In this document: positions 26,578 through 35,977 of the stretch, piece by piece
Layout: each line of letters opens with the position of its first letter
Numbering within the stretch: position 1 is the first letter of the stretch
Assembly: GCA_964580935.1 (NCBI GenBank)
Contig: CAZOLG010000001.1
Location: 188,745-252,744, forward strand
DNA length: 64,000 nucleotides
Direction of reading: 5' to 3'
Source of the DNA: an uncultured Methanomassiliicoccales archaeon
GTDB lineage: Archaea; Thermoplasmatota; Thermoplasmata; Methanomassiliicoccales; CAZOLG01
Notes under the pieces: model-generated
What the model saw: the letters and a program-made list of their open reading frames with translations, nothing else
Told to the model about the DNA's origin: nothing
Database searches by the model: none
Program-made: the position numbers and the translations under genes

Positions 26578-27870
26578 GTGAGCAATATGAAATACCAGGA
26601 TACGATCGACTGGCTGTTCGGGCTCAAGGCCGACGGCATTAAGTTCGGTTTGGAGAATACCAGGGAGTTGCTGCGCAGGATGGGGCACCCACACAAGACT
26701 TTCAAGTCGGTCCATGTGGGGGGGACCAACGGCAAAGGCTCAGTGTGCTCTATGCTCGCTTCGGTTTTGCAGGAGGAGGGTTGGAAGGTGGGGCTGTACA
26801 CCTCGCCACACATCGTTGATTTTTCCGAGAGGATCAAAGTCAATGGAACGCCCATACCCGAGAAGGAGTTCCTCTCCCTAGCAGAAGAGATTAGAGGACA
26901 TTACAAGGACATGAGGGGAGAAGGAAAACAGCTTACCTTCTTCGAACTGACCACTGTCATGACTTTCGAGTATTTCAGGCGAAGAGGGGTCGATCTTGCC
27001 GTAATCGAAGTGGGGATGGGTGGGCGACTCGATGCCACGAACACCATTACTCCAGAATGTTCAGTCATCACCAGGATGGGGATTGAACACACTCACTATC
27101 TGGGAGACACAATAGAGGAGATCGCCTACGAGAAAGCGGGCATCATCAAGCCCGGGATCCCGGTGGTGACCGTTCACGACGGGCCAGCCTACAGAGTGGT
27201 GAGAGATAGAGCGCTTGAGCTCGGATCCCCCCTGTTGACAGTGGGACAGGACATCAAGTTCAGCCTGATCTCGTCGACCCTGGACGGCCTGAGAGTCTCG
27301 TTTCCGGAAGAGGATATCACCCTTTCTTCACCACTGTGCGGCGCGTATCAGGCGGAGAATATGGCCCTTGCAGTTGGGTGTCTGAAGACGTTGAATGAAA
27401 ATGGTTATCACATCTCGAAGGATTCTCTCACAAGGGGAATTGCCAGTACCGATTGGCCCGCCAGGTTGGACATCATCTCTCATGAGCCGAGGGTCATAAT
27501 GGACGTCACACACACTGCAGAAGGAGCGGAGGCGACCGCCGTAGAGCTCCAGTGCCTCGTTGACGGCAAGATCATCCTGGTCATCGGGATTCTTAACGAT
27601 AAGGATGTGAACGGCATGGCGAAATCGTTTTGTCGGATCAGCTCTGTTGCCATAGCCACCGCCCCTGAGACGGATAGAAGTCTATCGTCCACTAAGTTGA
27701 CCAGTGTATTATCCGAGTACTGCGCCGAAGTCGAAACTGTGGAGAGGGTAGGTGAAGCAGTGAAGAGAGCCCTCGATATCGCTAACAAGGAGGACACCAT
27801 ACTGGTAACCGGTTCCTTGTATACGATCGGAGAGGCAAAGAGATGGTGGGATTCTCATCAAACCGATTAG
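26578..27870 (+). CDS. folC: Folylpolyglutamate synthase/dihydrofolate synthase family (Mur-ligase fold)
   Basis: P-loop VGGTNGKGSV, plus GMGGRLDATN. 430 aa. GTG at 26578 or ATG at 26587. Confidence 0.75.
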   Translation: MSNMKYQDTIDWLFGLKADGIKFGLENTRELLRRMGHPHKTFKSVHVGGTNGKGSVCSMLASVLQEEGWKVGLYTSPHIVDFSERIKVNGTPIPEKEFLSLAEEIRGHYKDMRGEGKQLTFFELTTVMTFEYFRRRGVDLAVIEVGMGGRLDATNTITPECSVITRMGIEHTHYLGDTIEEIAYEKAGIIKPGIPVVTVHDGPAYRVVRDRALELGSPLLTVGQDIKFSLISSTLDGLRVSFPEEDITLSSPLCGAYQAENMALAVGCLKTLNENGYHISKDSLTRGIASTDWPARLDIISHEPRVIMDVTHTAEGAEATAVELQCLVDGKIILVIGILNDKDVNGMAKSFCRISSVAIATAPETDRSLSSTKLTSVLSEYCAEVETVERVGEAVKRALDIANKEDTILVTGSLYTIGEAKRWWDSHQTD

Positions 27871-28507
27871 CGAAATACTAGACACCATTAGAGCAAAGGG
27901 CTACGGAAGAGCCTTTCCCGGTAAGGGGAAAGAGGATGATTTTGAATGGACCAGAGACCCCTTTCACATACTGATCTCCACAGTGCTCTCCCAGAGGACC
28001 AGAGAGGAGAATACACACAACGCCTCCAGACAGCTGTTCTCAGAGTACGACTCACCGAAAGAGCTCGCAGAGGCCCCCATTGAGCATATCAAGGAACTCA
28101 CCCGGTGCGCCGGATTCTCAAATTCCAAACCTGAGGCTATCAAAGACATTTCGAAGATGATCGTGGAGGAGTACGGCGGAGAGGTGCCCAGAGATATAGA
28201 CCAGCTGTTGGAATTTCCATTGGTGGGTAGGAAGACGGCAAACTGCGTACTTGCATATGCCTTTGGAATCGATGCAATATGCGTCGATACCCATGTACAT
28301 CGCATCTCCAACCGTATCGGAGTGGTGGATACCGATTCACCCGACGAAACTGAATATCGGTTGAAGGAGGTGGTGCCCAAGCGCAGGTGGAAAGAGATCA
28401 ACTCCCTGATGGTGGTGTTCGGGAGGCTCATCTGCCGGCCGAGAAATCCCAAATGCACTGAATGCCCGATCAGCGGTCATTGTGATTACTTTCTGACAGA
28501 GGAATAG
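27851..28507 (+). CDS. nth: Endonuclease III (HhH-GPD glycosylase with 4Fe-4S cluster); 5' end lacks a canonical start codon
   Basis: Motifs: DPFHILISTVLSQRT, LVGRKTANCVL, VDTHVHRISNRIG and CRPRNPKCTECPISGHC. The conserved N-terminal coding runs from about 27851. The only canonical start (GTG 27983) would delete conserved residues. Confidence 0.8.
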   Translation: MLIKPISEILDTIRAKGYGRAFPGKGKEDDFEWTRDPFHILISTVLSQRTREENTHNASRQLFSEYDSPKELAEAPIEHIKELTRCAGFSNSKPEAIKDISKMIVEEYGGEVPRDIDQLLEFPLVGRKTANCVLAYAFGIDAICVDTHVHRISNRIGVVDTDSPDETEYRLKEVVPKRRWKEINSLMVVFGRLICRPRNPKCTECPISGHCDYFLTEE

Positions 28508-28553
28508 GAGATACTTCTGAAAGGAGACTTCATATGGCGCAGAAAAACTTTCC

Positions 28554-28901
28554 TTACAGTCCGATACTGTCATCGATCTTCTTGGACATCTCCTCTTCGA
28601 TCTGAATCTCGGCCTCCCATTGATTGAGGGTGTCCAGTACCTCCTTCAATTCCTTCAGACAATCGATGCAGACCCATTTGCTGCCCAGCTGTTTCATCGG
28701 TTTCTTCTTATAGCCGATCTCGTCACATATCCAGCATTTGTGCATATCTTTAGTCCTATGCTCAACATAGGCCTCCATCTTCTTCCCCTCAACAATGGCC
28801 TCGAGAGTAGATTTTTTCTTGTCCTTCCTTTCATCTTCTGGCATAGGATTCCGGGTTCTAATTACTGGCCAGGCTATATGAACATTATCCTTTCCATTCA
28901 A
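28554..28901 (-). CDS. Hypothetical protein with a CxxC...CxxC zinc-binding motif
   Basis: 115 aa with CWICDE...CIDC. Confidence 0.5.
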   Translation of the reverse strand: MNGKDNVHIAWPVIRTRNPMPEDERKDKKKSTLEAIVEGKKMEAYVEHRTKDMHKCWICDEIGYKKKPMKQLGSKWVCIDCLKELKEVLDTLNQWEAEIQIEEEMSKKIDDSIGL

Positions 28902-29022
28902 TAATTAGAATGAACGACCAGCTCGGACATTCTCCTCCACCATTGGCGGGTGGGTCCGCCTAAATGATTGAAGCAGCAGTACCCAGCAATGTAATAAATA
29001 ACTGAAGTCGATTTGACTCCCG

Positions 29023-29397
29023 ATGCATGAAGTCTCTGTCATGTCAGACATCGTTCAGCGCGTGGCCGATGCTTTACAGGACCGGAATATCGAGAAGGTC
29101 GAAAAGGTGATACTCGAAGTGGGAGAACTGACCTTTCTGGGTAAGGAACAACTGGAGTTCGCATACCAGGTGCTTACCAGGGACGGCCCTCTCAGTGGAT
29201 CTGAGCTGGTAATCGTCGAGCAGGGAGCAGAGGTAAGGTGTCCTGAATGTGGGTTCGAAGGGGCTCCGGAGGCGCTAGATAGTGAATCTTATCACTTCAA
29301 AGTCCCAAACCTCAGTTGCCCCAAGTGCGAAGGCGAGGTTGAGATCGTCAAAGGCAGAGGCTGTTCTGTCACCTCACTGGAGGTGATCAAGGGATAA
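29023..29397 (+). CDS. hypA: Hydrogenase nickel-insertion protein HypA
   Basis: MHEVSVMSDIV N-terminus (MHE Ni site), plus CPECG...CPKCEG zinc site. Confidence 0.85.
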   Translation: MHEVSVMSDIVQRVADALQDRNIEKVEKVILEVGELTFLGKEQLEFAYQVLTRDGPLSGSELVIVEQGAEVRCPECGFEGAPEALDSESYHFKVPNLSCPKCEGEVEIVKGRGCSVTSLEVIKG

Positions 29398-30467
29398 TGT
29401 TCAGATTCAGAGACCAACCCACGGCCCAGAGGATTTTGAACAGGCTAAAAGACCTTGACGTCGAGCTGCGGTTGATGCATGTATGTGGAACCCACCAGGA
29501 TACATTGGTTCGGTTTGGACTGGAGGAACCGCTCAGAGAGGCGGGAATAATGATCAGACAGGGGCCGGGCTGTCCAGTCTGTGTTACCACCTCCACCGAG
29601 ATAGTGGAGACAATAGAGATCGCACAGAACGGCGCCACTCTAGCTGTGTTTGGCGATATGCTGAACGTTCCAACGCCGAGAGGCTCTCTCTCAGACATCA
29701 AGGCATCAGGGGCGGACATAAGAATCGTTTACTCTATCGAGGATGCTGTAGAGCTGGCAGAGAAGAGGGACGAGGTGGTGTTCATGGCTATAGGCTTTGA
29801 GACCACCGTGCCCACAACGTCAGCCACGTTGCTTGAAGACCTCCCCGAGAACTTCTTGGTCTACAGCTGTCATCGTTTAATACCCCCCGCCCTAGAGAAA
29901 ATATTCGAACTGGGGGAGGTGGAGGTAGACGGTTTCATCCAGCCCGGCCATGTGGCCACGATCATAGGTCTTGATCCTTTCCGACCTTTTTCAGAGAAGC
30001 ATTCGATCCCTCAGGTGGTGACCGGTTTCGAACCTCTTGATCTCCTGATGGGGGTGTACATGCTGGCCAAACAGAAGAAAGAGGGGCGCTCTGAGGTGGA
30101 AAACGAGTACCGGAGAGTGGTGAAGGAGGGGGGAAATCCCAAAGCCGTTAGGTCAATGAAGAGCGTTTTTGAACCGGAGGACAGAGCCTGGCGGGGATTC
30201 CCTGTGATCGAAGACAGTGTACTGGGGTTGAGGGATGAATACAAGCAGCACGACGCCAAGCTGGCCTACGGGGGGCTGCTTGATGGCCTGGAAGTTGTAG
30301 ATGAGGAAACAGAGGGATGTCTCTGCGGCGAAGTCCTGAGGGGAGTGATCGATTCGAAGGACTGCCCCTCCTTCGGTAATAGGTGTACACCGAAGAACCC
30401 GATGGGGCCCTGCATGGTGAGCAGGGAAGGAAGCTGCAATATCACCTATCGATACGACAGGGATTGA
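29397..30467 (+). CDS. hypD: Hydrogenase maturation protein HypD
   Basis: Motifs: MHVCGTHQD, GPGCPVCVT, GFETT and PCMVSREGSC. Confidence 0.9.
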   Translation: MFRFRDQPTAQRILNRLKDLDVELRLMHVCGTHQDTLVRFGLEEPLREAGIMIRQGPGCPVCVTTSTEIVETIEIAQNGATLAVFGDMLNVPTPRGSLSDIKASGADIRIVYSIEDAVELAEKRDEVVFMAIGFETTVPTTSATLLEDLPENFLVYSCHRLIPPALEKIFELGEVEVDGFIQPGHVATIIGLDPFRPFSEKHSIPQVVTGFEPLDLLMGVYMLAKQKKEGRSEVENEYRRVVKEGGNPKAVRSMKSVFEPEDRAWRGFPVIEDSVLGLRDEYKQHDAKLAYGGLLDGLEVVDEETEGCLCGEVLRGVIDSKDCPSFGNRCTPKNPMGPCMVSREGSCNITYRYDRD

Positions 30468-30468
30468 A

Positions 30469-31056
30469 TCACTCTGCACGGAGGAGTTGGTGTCCGAGTA
30501 CCATCAAGGCAATTGAAGAGAGCCATAAGAGGAGGCATATGACGGCCACTGCCTCGGTGAGAGGTATGGGTGAGGTAAACAAGAATGATAGAGAGACTAT
30601 CACCAGGGCGGCGGTCAAACCGGCTCCAATATTCCCAAAGTACTCTTGATTCTTGAGCGGAAGGATTAGTAGAAGCAGTGCCAGGAGGGCCAGGCCGAAG
30701 AAGGCATAACTGGCAATATCATGCACTGCCCCGGCGGTCACCGGAAAGATGCCCACCGCTATCAGTGCCAGAGTTGACAGGGCAAGAACTGTCGCGCCAG
30801 TACGATGCATCAGGCCATCATTCAACCTGTAGAATCCAACGGAGAATAGGAGGCCCAGTAACCCCTCGATTATGACACCCGCGTTGAATATCGCTGCCCC
30901 CGGTCTGTCACCTCCCAGTGCGCTGAGCGTCTCCTCTCCGAATGTCCAGTGGCCGTCCACGATCACTGCAGCAGTCCATACAACAGCGAAGAACGCAGCA
31001 CCGACTACCCCAGCCAGCACCATAATCTTCGTCCATCTATCCTCGTAGGGCATCAT
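30469..31056 (-). CDS. Polytopic membrane protein (DUF998-like)
   Basis: 195 aa, about 6 TM helices. The family name is from memory only. Confidence 0.5.
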   Translation of the reverse strand: MMPYEDRWTKIMVLAGVVGAAFFAVVWTAAVIVDGHWTFGEETLSALGGDRPGAAIFNAGVIIEGLLGLLFSVGFYRLNDGLMHRTGATVLALSTLALIAVGIFPVTAGAVHDIASYAFFGLALLALLLLILPLKNQEYFGNIGAGLTAALVIVSLSFLFTSPIPLTEAVAVICLLLWLSSIALMVLGHQLLRAE

Positions 31057-31426
31057 TCAGATAGATTAGGACTTAATGATTAATTATATCTTTAGCAGGA
31101 CTGGACAAATGATCAATAAACTAGATTGATACCGTTCTGAATAAATATACCATAGGCAAGGTAATTGACAGCGGGCTGGTGGAGAAAAAATCCGGAAATA
31201 AGCTCGCCAATGTGCTCAAGAAAGTATACAGATCAAGAGAGCATAAGGGATGTATTTAGGTTGTCCGATCACACATCCTACATGGCCGCTGACGACATAG
31301 AAACCTCCGGATCAATATTGAGAATGTTGACAGAGGATGAACTGAGAGATATCAACATGTTGGCCAGCTACACTCGGAGCATCGAAAGAACCATTTAGAT
31401 ATGCAGTTAGGTGACCCCTTCGATCT

Positions 31427-32245
31427 CTATCTCCCTTTGTAGGCAACGATCCTAGCATTGGCCACCGACAGATAGGACTGGATTACTACATCAGGATCGA
31501 TTTCTTCCCCTTTCTTTTCCTTCTCCTTCTGAACAGTCCGAAGAAAAGATCGGGCCTCGTCCTCTGAGTAAGTTCGCTTATCTATTATCTCAGTATTCAC
31601 AAAACCAGCGTCACCAATGAGGGACAAACATTCCTCCTCTGAAAGAGCCCCTGAGATGCAACCTCCCCACAGATCTTCGTCTCCCATAGCCTCGTCAGGG
31701 AGATCGTCTACCAAGATACGGTCAGAGAACACCAGTTTACCTCCAGGCCTAAGAATCCGGTGTACCTCCTCGAAGACCGCCCTCTTGTCAGTAGACAGAT
31801 TGATCACGCAGTTGCTGATGACCACGTCCACCAAGTTGGATTCCACAGGGATATGTTCGATCTCTCCTAGTCTAAACTCGGCATTGTCTAACTTCATGTT
31901 TTCGGCCGCGTTCCTTGCCTTCCACAGCATCTCTGGTGTAGAATCGATGCCTATAGCTCGTCCACCTGGAGAAACCTTTCTTGCCGCCAGAAATACATCC
32001 ATACCCGCGCCACTGCCCAGATCGACCACCACCTGGCCGGGTTCAAACTCTGCCAGGGCCACCGGATTCCCACATGAGCACACAGAGGCCTTCACAGAAT
32101 CAGGGATCTCTTCCAACTCTTCATGAGAGTAGACTCTGATCATCTCCTCCGTACGTGGAGTGTCTCCCTCTTCCGTCTGGGCCAGATCGCCGTAGCGGTT
32201 CCTCACTGACTCCTTGATCTCATCTTCTCTTTCATTTTTCTTCAT
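31427..32245 (-). CDS. arsM: SAM-dependent methyltransferase, arsenite methyltransferase (ArsM)-like
   Basis: SAM motif I VVDLGSGAGMDVF, plus NCVINLSTDK and RILRPGGKL. An upstream cysteine pair (CSCGNP) is typical of ArsM. Confidence 0.7.
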   Translation of the reverse strand: MKKNEREDEIKESVRNRYGDLAQTEEGDTPRTEEMIRVYSHEELEEIPDSVKASVCSCGNPVALAEFEPGQVVVDLGSGAGMDVFLAARKVSPGGRAIGIDSTPEMLWKARNAAENMKLDNAEFRLGEIEHIPVESNLVDVVISNCVINLSTDKRAVFEEVHRILRPGGKLVFSDRILVDDLPDEAMGDEDLWGGCISGALSEEECLSLIGDAGFVNTEIIDKRTYSEDEARSFLRTVQKEKEKKGEEIDPDVVIQSYLSVANARIVAYKGR

Positions 32246-32506
32246 AAGACTTCAATCTCCTGGTGGCAAGCTATTTCAAAAACATTGAGAACCTTCATTC
32301 ATTTAAACTTTTAGTACTCCCTTGAGATCATTTTTCCATAGGTTGAAGTCATTTATGATTTCATCCAATAGTCAGCGCTTTTTAAGAGTATGCCGAACAT
32401 GTACGGGAAAGGATACATCCTCTACTATCTCACTGTGCTCCCCAGAGCGCCTTGAATCACTGATAGACCGATAGCCATTATCCCCGAGAGGGTAGGAGCT
32501 CTATTA

Positions 32507-32632
32507 ATGATGGGCGCAAAGGGAGGGATAGTATTGAAGATATATGTTTGTGAAGACTGTGAGAGATCTTTCAACGAAGACATGGGTAAGTGTCCTGAGT
32601 GCGGCGAGAAGCTGAAAAAGAAGGAGACATAG
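32507..32632 (+). CDS. Small zinc-ribbon protein (41 aa), not in the ORF track
   Basis: Hand translation: MMGAKGGIVLKIYVCEDCERSFNEDMGKCPECGEKLKKKET*. Confidence 0.4.
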   Translation: MMGAKGGIVLKIYVCEDCERSFNEDMGKCPECGEKLKKKET

Positions 32633-32737
32633 GACCCATTCCATAAGTCCGTTGATCAAAAATTGCTTCCGTCTATTTTTTTAATTCATAAAAAATAAAG
32701 GTTAATAAGTTTCGTGGAAGTGGAGACCTTCGAGATT

Positions 32738-32992
32738 TCAGTCCGGGGACTTCTCCTCGCTCTTGTCTTTGAGCTTGGCCGAGGCTCTTGCTACCCAGAT
32801 GATTATCAACACCGCAATCACGGTCACCAGAATGGCGTAGGTTAACATCTGGGGAACTCCTTCCCAGTTCTCCCCAAAAACTTCTTTGAATATTGCGATA
32901 ATCGCCTGGTTCCAGGCCAGTGCTGCCACCAGACCGAAGGCCGCGATTATCAGATCACCCATCTTATCCACTATTTCCTCTCTTAAGCTCAT
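32738..32992 (-). CDS. Small 2-TM membrane protein (N-terminus reminiscent of MscL TM1)
   Basis: ATG 32992 forms an ATGA overlap with the stop of the upstream ORF. Sequence: MSLREEIVDKMGDLIIAAFGLVAALAWNQAIIAIF... Confidence 0.6.
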   Translation of the reverse strand: MSLREEIVDKMGDLIIAAFGLVAALAWNQAIIAIFKEVFGENWEGVPQMLTYAILVTVIAVLIIIWVARASAKLKDKSEEKSPD

Positions 32993-33297
32993 TGTCTTCT
33001 CCTCCTGCAAGCCTTACACCGCGGGCTTGCATGATAGAAAGTTTTCATCTTCAGTATTTTATCTTTTTTGATTGGCTCTTGGAGAGACGGAGAAAATGGA
33101 TAGTGTGCTAGCTCATCGCTAGATATCTCATTCAGAATCTCCCCATTCTCAGCGTCCTTGATAGAGTTGGCCGGGCGCCGATAAGAGTAATGCCCAGTAA
33201 CCTCAGTTTCCTGAAATTCAGGAACCTTATCCCTGGTCGATCTCGACTCCATATCGTGTGAAATACTCAGCCATTGATATTCGTCACCATTGAACAA
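32989..33297 (-). CDS. Hypothetical acidic protein between heliorhodopsin and the 2-TM protein
   Basis: Supported by the ATGA coupling to the downstream gene. The start is uncertain (TTG 33297 or ATG 33252). Confidence 0.4.
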   Translation of the reverse strand: MFNGDEYQWLSISHDMESRSTRDKVPEFQETEVTGHYSYRRPANSIKDAENGEILNEISSDELAHYPFSPSLQEPIKKDKILKMKTFYHASPRCKACRRRRQ

Positions 33298-33343
33298 CTC
33301 AATCTATTAACGATGGAAAGGGAAAAGATATTGGAAAATGTTT

Positions 33344-34150
33344 CTACACTCCTCTGAGTGTTCCTGCCCAGATGATCCACGCCAGTGCTGACTTAGATAC
33401 CAGACTGAGGACGATGTACCCCTTTTCGCCGAACAGATAGTTCTTCCACCTACCCACTTTCCTATACTGAAGGACCATATTGATGGGGAAGGTAATCCAG
33501 AATGCTAGCAGAACGATGATGAGCACGTAGACGAAGGTGGGGATGGTGTCTGCGTTGGTGTATATGGCCCCTGTGAAGTAGAGTATTATCACCACCCAGG
33601 GAATCGCTCCGGCAAAAGAACCGAAATAGAACGATGTCCAGTCCGTCTTCTCCGTGGCCTGATTGTGGCGTTCCATCATCAATCCAAAGAGGTTCATCGA
33701 GGCGTTGGCGGCGATGATCAACAACAGAGCCGCTATGTCGAATATCCCAGTAAGCATGGCCAGAACCATGATCATGATGGAAGAGGTGACCGCGTATTCA
33801 TACCACCTCGCGGGGTTCATACCCTTACTTATCTTCCTCACATACCAGCCATATCCGTAGGTGGCCAGAGAGAGGTGCGCGAAGGCGGTTATGAACAGAA
33901 AGAGGGCGATAAGAGGGCCCAGGGGCACCTCCACCACGGTTTCAGTCGCCTTGATGAGGGCATTTCCACCCGGATCAAATTTCAGGAAATTCGTCTCTAT
34001 AGGGAGTGTGTAATCATTGCTCAGGGCGAACATAAAAACGCCCTGAATGGCGTGTATCACGGCCATAACGCCATTGAACTTGCGGAGCATCCTGTACCTA
34101 GGTTCAGCTCCCCTGTCATCTATATCATCATTCTCCCCCCCACTTTCCAT
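33344..34150 (-). CDS. Heliorhodopsin
   Basis: 268 aa, 7 TM. It aligns closely by eye with HeR 48C12 as recalled from memory: RWYEY (counterion Glu118) versus RWVEY, and GEKGYIVLSLVSKSALAWIIWAGTL (Lys253, codon 33392..33394) versus GERAYIVLSLVAKSALAWQIFSGTL. LRKFNGVMAVIHAIQG is also shared. Confidence 0.9.
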   Translation of the reverse strand: MESGGENDDIDDRGAEPRYRMLRKFNGVMAVIHAIQGVFMFALSNDYTLPIETNFLKFDPGGNALIKATETVVEVPLGPLIALFLFITAFAHLSLATYGYGWYVRKISKGMNPARWYEYAVTSSIMIMVLAMLTGIFDIAALLLIIAANASMNLFGLMMERHNQATEKTDWTSFYFGSFAGAIPWVVIILYFTGAIYTNADTIPTFVYVLIIVLLAFWITFPINMVLQYRKVGRWKNYLFGEKGYIVLSLVSKSALAWIIWAGTLRGV

Positions 34151-34288
34151 AGAGTGTTCGTTCTATTGCCCAGGTTATATATAGATTTCTAATGTAGAGT
34201 GAAATATTCGTCTCCATCCCTCAGCCCATGACATCGTTACACGGTTCAAAAATCCTCGGCAGTTGCGAAGACACGATCTGAGGAGGAG

Positions 34289-34362
34289 TGCGGGCGTCGG
34301 GATTCGAACCCGACTTCTAAGCTTGGCAAGCTTAAGTGATAACCAGGCTACACTACGCCCGC
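34289..34362 (-). tRNA. tRNA-Gly (GCC)
   Basis: Acceptor GCGGGCG/CGCCCGC, anticodon arm TAAGC-TTGCCAA-GCTTA, T arm CGGG-TTCGAATC-CCG, discriminator A. No encoded CCA. Confidence 0.9.
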
Positions 34363-34495
34363 ATCGTGTAAATCGGAGAAATGTAATGGATTCATATAAA
34401 CTTTGTTCATTTCGTCCAGACCGGGTCTAAATCGTCTGTGATGAGAAAGATTAATATGTTTCAATGAATACACTCAGACATCAATGTGAATATAC

Positions 34496-35899
34496 ATGTC
34501 AGACAATTTCAGATATTTTAATCTTAGAAAACCCATCCTGAAGGCGATCGAGGACATGGGGTTTGAAGTGCCTACCCCGGTTCAGGAGGAAGCCATTCCT
34601 TTATTGCTGGAAGGAGAAGAGGTAATGGCCCAGGCACAGACCGGCACCGGAAAGACAGCAGCTTTCGGGATTTCAATACTACAGCTGATCGAGCCCAGCG
34701 ACGAACCCCTGGCTCTCGTTGTCGTCCCCACCAGAGAATTGGCAAGACAGGTCTCTGAGGAGATCAACGAACTGGCGTCCCATCTGGACATACACTCTAT
34801 CGCCATTTACGGGGGTGCTTCTATAGGCCCTCAGATAGAGGCCCTGAAGGAGGGTAGGGAGATCGTTGTGGGCACTCCGGGAAGGCTGATTGATCATCTC
34901 AACCGGAAGACGCTGAGTCTGAACAAGCTCAGGTTCGTGGTTCTAGATGAGGCGGACAGGATGCTCGACATGGGGTTCATCGACGATATCGAGAAGATAC
35001 TGTCAAGAGTGCCCAGGAAAGTCAATATGTCTCTATTCTCGGCCACTATACCTCCTGAAGTGAGGCGGCTGGGCAAGAAATACATGGAGAACCCTAAGAC
35101 CATAATCATCAGCGAGGAGGAGCTAGTTCTTCCTTCTACAGAGCAGGCCTACATCAACGTGGGCAGGAGGAACAAGATATGGGCACTGTGCCGTATCATC
35201 GATAACGAACGGCCCAAGGCGATCGTCTTCTGCAGCACCAAAAGGATGGTGGACATTCTCACCAAGAGGCTGAAGTCCTATGGCTATCCGGCAGAGGCGC
35301 TTCACGGTGATTTCTCTCAGAACAGGAGAGAATCTGTGCTGGACCGTTTTAAGAAGGGGGACATCAAGCTGCTCATCGCCTCCGATGTAGCGGCAAGAGG
35401 TCTGGACATCCAGGACGTGACGCATGTCATCAATTACGATATACCCGATGATCCAGAGATGTATGTCCACCGTATAGGAAGAACGGGCAGGGCCGGGAAT
35501 TCGGGGAACGCAATCACTTTTGTTAGTTCCGATGAACAGCACCTGTTGAAGGACATTAAGGAGTTTAGCAAGGCAAAGATCGAAGAGGTCAGGGTACCGG
35601 AAACCAAGAAGAAGGACAAGGTGAAGAAGGTATTGGATTTCGAGGAGAAATCGGATATATTCGGGATGGTGACCTTCTCCATCGATATCGGCGAAGAAGA
35701 CGGTATGAGGATCAACGATATCGCAGATTTCATAATGAAGAAAGGGGGCCTGCCCCAGATCGCCGTGGGCGATATCGAAGTGAGCAGAACCATCAGTAAA
35801 GTGGAGATCCACAAGGATTTCGCCTGGAAGTTCTTCAAGAGGGGGAAGAATATGAAGTTCAAAGGTCGAGATGTCAAGCTGACTCCGCTCTCCAAGTAG
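34496..35899 (+). CDS. DEAD-box ATP-dependent RNA helicase with C-terminal RNA-binding-like extension
   Basis: Motifs: AQTGTGKT, VLDEADRML, SAT and HRIGRTGRAG. Confidence 0.9.
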   Translation: MSDNFRYFNLRKPILKAIEDMGFEVPTPVQEEAIPLLLEGEEVMAQAQTGTGKTAAFGISILQLIEPSDEPLALVVVPTRELARQVSEEINELASHLDIHSIAIYGGASIGPQIEALKEGREIVVGTPGRLIDHLNRKTLSLNKLRFVVLDEADRMLDMGFIDDIEKILSRVPRKVNMSLFSATIPPEVRRLGKKYMENPKTIIISEEELVLPSTEQAYINVGRRNKIWALCRIIDNERPKAIVFCSTKRMVDILTKRLKSYGYPAEALHGDFSQNRRESVLDRFKKGDIKLLIASDVAARGLDIQDVTHVINYDIPDDPEMYVHRIGRTGRAGNSGNAITFVSSDEQHLLKDIKEFSKAKIEEVRVPETKKKDKVKKVLDFEEKSDIFGMVTFSIDIGEEDGMRINDIADFIMKKGGLPQIAVGDIEVSRTISKVEIHKDFAWKFFKRGKNMKFKGRDVKLTPLSK

Positions 35900-35977
35900 T
35901 TAGCTGGTGTATTTGGTTATCCAGAACAAATCTGCTATCCTGTTGTCTGCATTCCCCCAACCACAAGAGAGGTTTAA

